A stretch of DNA of 64,000 nt, taken from positions 5,786 through 69,785 of the forward strand of contig JAJZDN010000006.1 in NCBI GenBank assembly GCA_021805985.1. Reading direction: 5' to 3'. The stretch's first letter is position 1. Every line of letters starts with the position of its first letter. This document shows positions 59,791-64,000 of the stretch, piece after piece. Both the position numbers and the translations under genes were made by a program. This DNA comes from Planctomycetota bacterium (GTDB lineage Bacteria > Planctomycetota > Phycisphaerae > WQYP01). The notes under the pieces are model-generated. The model was not told where the DNA came from. It made no database searches and saw nothing but the letters and a program-made list of their open reading frames with translations.

Positions 59791-61392
59791 TTACGGCTTA
59801 CGTGCCTGGAAGGGGAGCGCCGGAAGAGATTCCTTATTCATCAGGTTCGGTACGGCAATGTCGCTGAAAGCAAATCGCACTCCGGTGGGAGTGCTGATTT
59901 TCGGGGATTGCACCACCACGGTTTTTCCGATGATTCGCGCACTGGCATTAACGAAAGCGCCGTTGCGGCCGGAGAGCTGGAACCAATTCAACGGTTTTCC
60001 ATCGCGCGAAAGCAGACCGCCCCCAACGTGTGTAAAGTGAATGACCACATGATTCCCACTAAACTCCGCCGATTTAAACACCGGTCCCGAATAGGGTTTC
60101 CCGCTATGAAATATCTTCGCCAAAGCGATGGCGGCCAATCGCCTGCCGACAGCTCGCTTATTAGCGGGATGGATATTATGAATATTACCGATATCCATGG
60201 TTGAAGCGATACCGCAATCTGGAATTCGCCGGGCCGCTTTTTCTTCCGCCTGCCAGATCAGCGGCTCCATCGGACCATCGTTGCCATAATTAAACGGAGC
60301 GATCTGCACGATATAAAACGGGAAATTTCCCTGCCTCCACAATTTTCGCCAGGAACCAATCAGTGCCTTGAGATGATAGTAATAGAGGTGATCATGGGAA
60401 GATACATTATTTTCTCCCTGATACCAGATCACGCCGCGAATGGCATAGGGAATCAGCGGATGAATCATGCCGTTAAAAAGTGTGGTTGGATTTTGACGCG
60501 GGTCCGGCTGCCAGTCACCGTGCGGAATGTGGTAATTATACGCGTAGGGGCTGCTGATGGCATTTTCCGGTGTGACAGGCTGCTTGGGCAACGGCTTTCC
60601 GTTCGCCAAGGCCTGTTTGGCATCGCGCAACCAGGTGGTCATGGCGGCAAGATACTGGGAGTTCAACTTTTTCTGTCGCTTCGCCATCGCCCGCAGCCAT
60701 GCCCGATTAGTTTTCAATTGCGGCACCGCGAAAAAGCCCTGTTGGGGGATCCACGGTTCAATATTTGTGCCGCCCCAATCCGCTTCAAGCAGACCAATGG
60801 GAACATGAAGTGCGCGGTGCATCGTCAGGCCGAAGAAATAACCCACGGCACTGAAGCCCGCGAGATTCTTGGGCGTACAGCGATGCCAACTAGCCGCCGC
60901 CTGTTTTTTTGGGGTGCCGGAAAAATTAGATTCGATCATCGGCACATGATAAAGCCGGATATTCTGATGGGTTCCCTTCGCCAGTGCCGCTGCGAGATTC
61001 GTGCGGCCAAACCAACCTCCCATGGGATATTGCATATTGGATTGCCCGGAGCAAAGCCACACATCCCCCACGAGAACATCGTGAACAACCATGGTTTGAG
61101 AGCCGGAAGTTATGGTTAAATTGCGCGACACCGTGTTATGACGCATCGGCGGAAGTTTAGCCATCCATCGGCCCTGCGCGTCGGCAGTTGCGGTAACCGT
61201 ATGGCCCGCAAAGCTGACCGTAATTTTTTGCTCCGGCTTCGCCCAGCCCCATACCGGATCCTTCATACCGCGTTGCAGCACCAGATGATTGGTGAAGAGT
61301 TTGGAAACGGTAAAAGGCGTTGACGCATGTACCGCCGGCAAACCGCCCAGGATCGCTGCGAGACTGATAAGCATCGACGCCATGAATCGCAT
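59791..61392 (-). CDS. sialate O-acetylesterase-like (SASA/DUF303, SGNH hydrolase) secreted protein
   Basis: GVIWYQGENN motif typical of the SASA domain. Signal peptide MRFMASMLISLAAILGGLPAVHA. Start trimmed. Confidence 0.7.
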   Translation of the reverse strand: MRFMASMLISLAAILGGLPAVHASTPFTVSKLFTNHLVLQRGMKDPVWGWAKPEQKITVSFAGHTVTATADAQGRWMAKLPPMRHNTVSRNLTITSGSQTMVVHDVLVGDVWLCSGQSNMQYPMGGWFGRTNLAAALAKGTHQNIRLYHVPMIESNFSGTPKKQAAASWHRCTPKNLAGFSAVGYFFGLTMHRALHVPIGLLEADWGGTNIEPWIPQQGFFAVPQLKTNRAWLRAMAKRQKKLNSQYLAAMTTWLRDAKQALANGKPLPKQPVTPENAISSPYAYNYHIPHGDWQPDPRQNPTTLFNGMIHPLIPYAIRGVIWYQGENNVSSHDHLYYYHLKALIGSWRKLWRQGNFPFYIVQIAPFNYGNDGPMEPLIWQAEEKAARRIPDCGIASTMDIGNIHNIHPANKRAVGRRLAAIALAKIFHSGKPYSGPVFKSAEFSGNHVVIHFTHVGGGLLSRDGKPLNWFQLSGRNGAFVNASARIIGKTVVVQSPKISTPTGVRFAFSDIAVPNLMNKESLPALPFQARKP

Positions 61393-61578
61393 AACCACAT
61401 CTCCGTTTACTGAACATGAAAACGCCAGTGCGTTGCACTTAGCTTGGAATATATCGGCAGCAGGAAAATTAGCAACTTCCGCTGACGCAAAATGTGTACA
61501 GGGCGTATGGTTTGCCAAGTTCCTGCTTGCAGGGCATTATATTGGGCTTGGTTTTGGTTTGGCTTTGGAGTTTACTCG

Positions 61579-62796
61579 ATGATTGAAACGGCAAAAAAAA
61601 TTGTACTGGCTTATTCTGGCGGCCTGGATACGTCCGTGATTCTTCCGTGGCTTAAAGACAATTACCCGGGCTGCGAAGTGATCGCATTTGCCGCGGAACT
61701 TGGGCAGGGTGACGAGCTTGATGGAATAAAGAAAAAAGCCTTGGCCAGCGGGGCGGATAAGTGCATTGTTGCTGATCTGCGGGAAGAATTTGCCCGTGAT
61801 TACTGCTTTCCCATGCTGCGGGCTGGGGCGGTTTATGAACACAATTATCTGCTGGGAACATCCATCGCCCGCCCGCTGATCGCCAAACATCAGGTGCGTG
61901 TGGCGCATGAACTCGGTGCCGATGCTGTGGCGCATGGTGCTACCGGCAAGGGCAATGATCAGGTGCGCTTTGAACTTACGTACATGGCCCTTGGGCCGGA
62001 ACTGCAGATTATTGCCCCGTGGAAAGATGATCGCTTTGAACTGCGCAGCCGCGAGGCGGCCATTAAATATGCCAGGGAGAAAGGTGTGCCAATAAGCCAG
62101 ACGGTGAAAAAGATTTATTCACGGGATCGCAATCTCTGGCACATTTCCCATGAAGGCGCGGATCTGGAAAACCCGGCCAATGAGCCGCTGGATAATTTGT
62201 GGGTCATGAGCGTTCCGGTCAGCAAAGCGCCGGGCAAAGCAGAATTTGTTACGGTTGGCTTTGAGGCCGGCACACCGGTCAGCGTCAATGGTCGCAAGTT
62301 GGCAGCGCATAAAATCATCGAAACACTCAATACCATCGCCGGACGCCACGGCGTGGGTCAGGTGGATCTGGTGGAAAATCGCCTGGTAGGCATGAAGAGC
62401 CGGGGTGCGTATGAAACACCCGGCGGCACGGTGCTTCTGACCGCAATTCGCGCTTTGGAATCCCTGTGCATGGAACGAGATTTGGCCCACTACAAGCAGC
62501 AAATTGCGCTGAAATATGCCGATCTGGTTTATTACGGCCAATGGTTTCACCCGCTGCGGGAAGCGTTGGATGCTTTTGTGACCGCTGCAACACGCCATGT
62601 TACCGGGACAGTAAAAATCCGTCTTTTCAAAGGGCGGGCCACCGTGGCAGCGGTTACGTCGGCGGGGAGTTTGTATCGGCCTGATCTGGCAAGCTTTACC
62701 ATGGGAACGGAATACGACGGGAAAGATGCGATTGGCTTTATCAAGCTTTTCGGCCTGCCCATGAAGGTCAATGCCATGCGAGACAGCCGAGATTGA
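61579..62796 (+). CDS. argG: argininosuccinate synthase
   Basis: VLAYSGGLDTS PP-loop. Canonical ArgG length and motifs. Confidence 0.9.
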   Translation: MIETAKKIVLAYSGGLDTSVILPWLKDNYPGCEVIAFAAELGQGDELDGIKKKALASGADKCIVADLREEFARDYCFPMLRAGAVYEHNYLLGTSIARPLIAKHQVRVAHELGADAVAHGATGKGNDQVRFELTYMALGPELQIIAPWKDDRFELRSREAAIKYAREKGVPISQTVKKIYSRDRNLWHISHEGADLENPANEPLDNLWVMSVPVSKAPGKAEFVTVGFEAGTPVSVNGRKLAAHKIIETLNTIAGRHGVGQVDLVENRLVGMKSRGAYETPGGTVLLTAIRALESLCMERDLAHYKQQIALKYADLVYYGQWFHPLREALDAFVTAATRHVTGTVKIRLFKGRATVAAVTSAGSLYRPDLASFTMGTEYDGKDAIGFIKLFGLPMKVNAMRDSRD

Positions 62797-62886
62797 ACTT
62801 ATGGCCTACAATAAGCCGATAAATAGGGAAGTATTTCCGGGCGCTGTGCCCCACGATAAACAGGACCGGCGCAAGGAGCACGCTTC

Positions 62887-63978
62887 ATGACGCAAACAGA
62901 TAATCATAACGCGCCAATTCTGGTGACGGGTGGGGCTGGCTTCATCGGCTCAAATTTTGTCACATCCTGGATCAGCAACGTCGGCACGCCGGTGGTGAAT
63001 CTCGATAAGCTAACCTATGCTGGCAACCTGGAAAATCTGGCGCAGTTGCAGGGCAACCCCCACCATATTTTTGTGCAGGGAGATATTAATGACCGAAAGG
63101 TTATTGATCAGTTGCTGGCAGCGCATCAGCCGCGGGCCATTGTTCATTTTGCTGCGGAAAGCCATGTAGATAGGTCAATTCATGGGCCGGAAGATTTTGT
63201 CGTCACCAACGTCAACGGAACATTTCATCTTCTGGAGGCTGCGCGGGCGCACTGGTCCAAACTCCCCGAACCCCAAAAGACCGATTTCCGGTTTCTCCAT
63301 GTTTCCACTGATGAGGTATATGGGTCGTTAAGCGCTACGGACCCGGCCTTTACCGAAACGACGCCCTACGCTCCTAATAGTCCGTACTCCGCTTCCAAAG
63401 CGGCTTCGGATCATCTGGTGCGGGCTTATTTTCACACGTACCACATGCCGGTGCTGACCACCAATTGCTCCAATAATTACGGTCCGTTCCAGTTCCCGGA
63501 AAAGCTTATTCCACTGATCATTCTCAATGCGTTAGCCGGAAAACCGCTGCCGGTTTACGGTGACGGCCTGAATGTTCGTGATTGGCTTTTTGTGCTGGAT
63601 CACTGCGATGCCATTCGTGAAGTGTTAAAGGCCGGACGACCCGGGGAAACCTACAACATCGGCGGCAACAGTGAAATGAAAAATATTGATGTTGTCAAAG
63701 CCATCTGTTCGATTCTGGATGAATTGCGCTCCAATTCGCCCCACCGCCCGCACGCATCATTGATTCAGTATGTAAAAGACCGCCCCGGTCATGATCGGCG
63801 GTATGCCATGGATATTACTAAAATAAATCGTGAACTGTCCTGGAGTCCCAAATGCTCATTTACCGATGGCATTCGAGCCACGGTGCAATGGTATTTGGAT
63901 CACAGCACCTGGATTGCCCACGTGGCCAGCGGGGAATATCGCAATTGGGTGGAAGCTAATTACGCCAAACGCGGTTAA
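62887..63978 (+). CDS. rfbB: dTDP-glucose 4,6-dehydratase
   Basis: [18 protein letters not shown]-binding motif and YSASKAASD catalytic YxxxK. About 360 aa. Confidence 0.9.
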   Translation: MTQTDNHNAPILVTGGAGFIGSNFVTSWISNVGTPVVNLDKLTYAGNLENLAQLQGNPHHIFVQGDINDRKVIDQLLAAHQPRAIVHFAAESHVDRSIHGPEDFVVTNVNGTFHLLEAARAHWSKLPEPQKTDFRFLHVSTDEVYGSLSATDPAFTETTPYAPNSPYSASKAASDHLVRAYFHTYHMPVLTTNCSNNYGPFQFPEKLIPLIILNALAGKPLPVYGDGLNVRDWLFVLDHCDAIREVLKAGRPGETYNIGGNSEMKNIDVVKAICSILDELRSNSPHRPHASLIQYVKDRPGHDRRYAMDITKINRELSWSPKCSFTDGIRATVQWYLDHSTWIAHVASGEYRNWVEANYAKRG

Positions 63979-64000
63979 CATTTCGGCTGGGGAAAAACGC

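Overview
This 64 kb high-GC window is mostly chromosomal housekeeping DNA with several accessory or defence-like insertions. The organism looks like a PVC-type bacterium (Planctomycetota/Verrucomicrobiota-like) because of the prepilin-type N-terminal methylation-site proteins, a PEP-CTERM glycine-rich protein, GH57, HEAT-repeat proteins and a sialate O-acetylesterase. The phylum call is inference only. Housekeeping genes I can support: ligA, purL (with fused PurS-like domains), recN, rpmA, hpf-ptsN-npr, obg, coaX, ugd, argG, rfbB, pgeF, an aquaporin, a MATE exporter, an ABC-2 exporter operon, a BtuFCD-like ABC importer, an HD-GYP protein, astC/A/D-like genes and one tRNA-Met(CAT). Most interesting: (1) a translationally coupled three-gene minus-strand operon encoding a DUF262 (ParB-like DGQQR) protein, an AAA_21/DUF3696-type ABC ATPase and a 318-aa partner with a RelE/HigB-like C-terminal motif; it sits just upstream of ligA and looks like an undescribed defence-system architecture. 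(2) an Eco57I-like Type IIG restriction-modification cassette (beta-class MTase plus a PD-ExK + gamma-MTase fusion enzyme) flanked by diverged ~130-bp direct repeats of the 3' end of the adjacent gene, an insertion signature. (3) a HEPN-motif (Rx4H) protein with a small upstream partner ORF. (4) a B12-binding radical SAM operon divergent from a sigma-54 activator. (5) a 965-aa PEP-CTERM protein with three near-identical ~480-bp tandem repeats. (6) a 22-codon lysine-rich micro-ORF with a strong SD and its own terminator. My hand counts of line positions disagree with ORF-track coordinates by about 1 nt in places, so non-ORF features may be off by a few bases.
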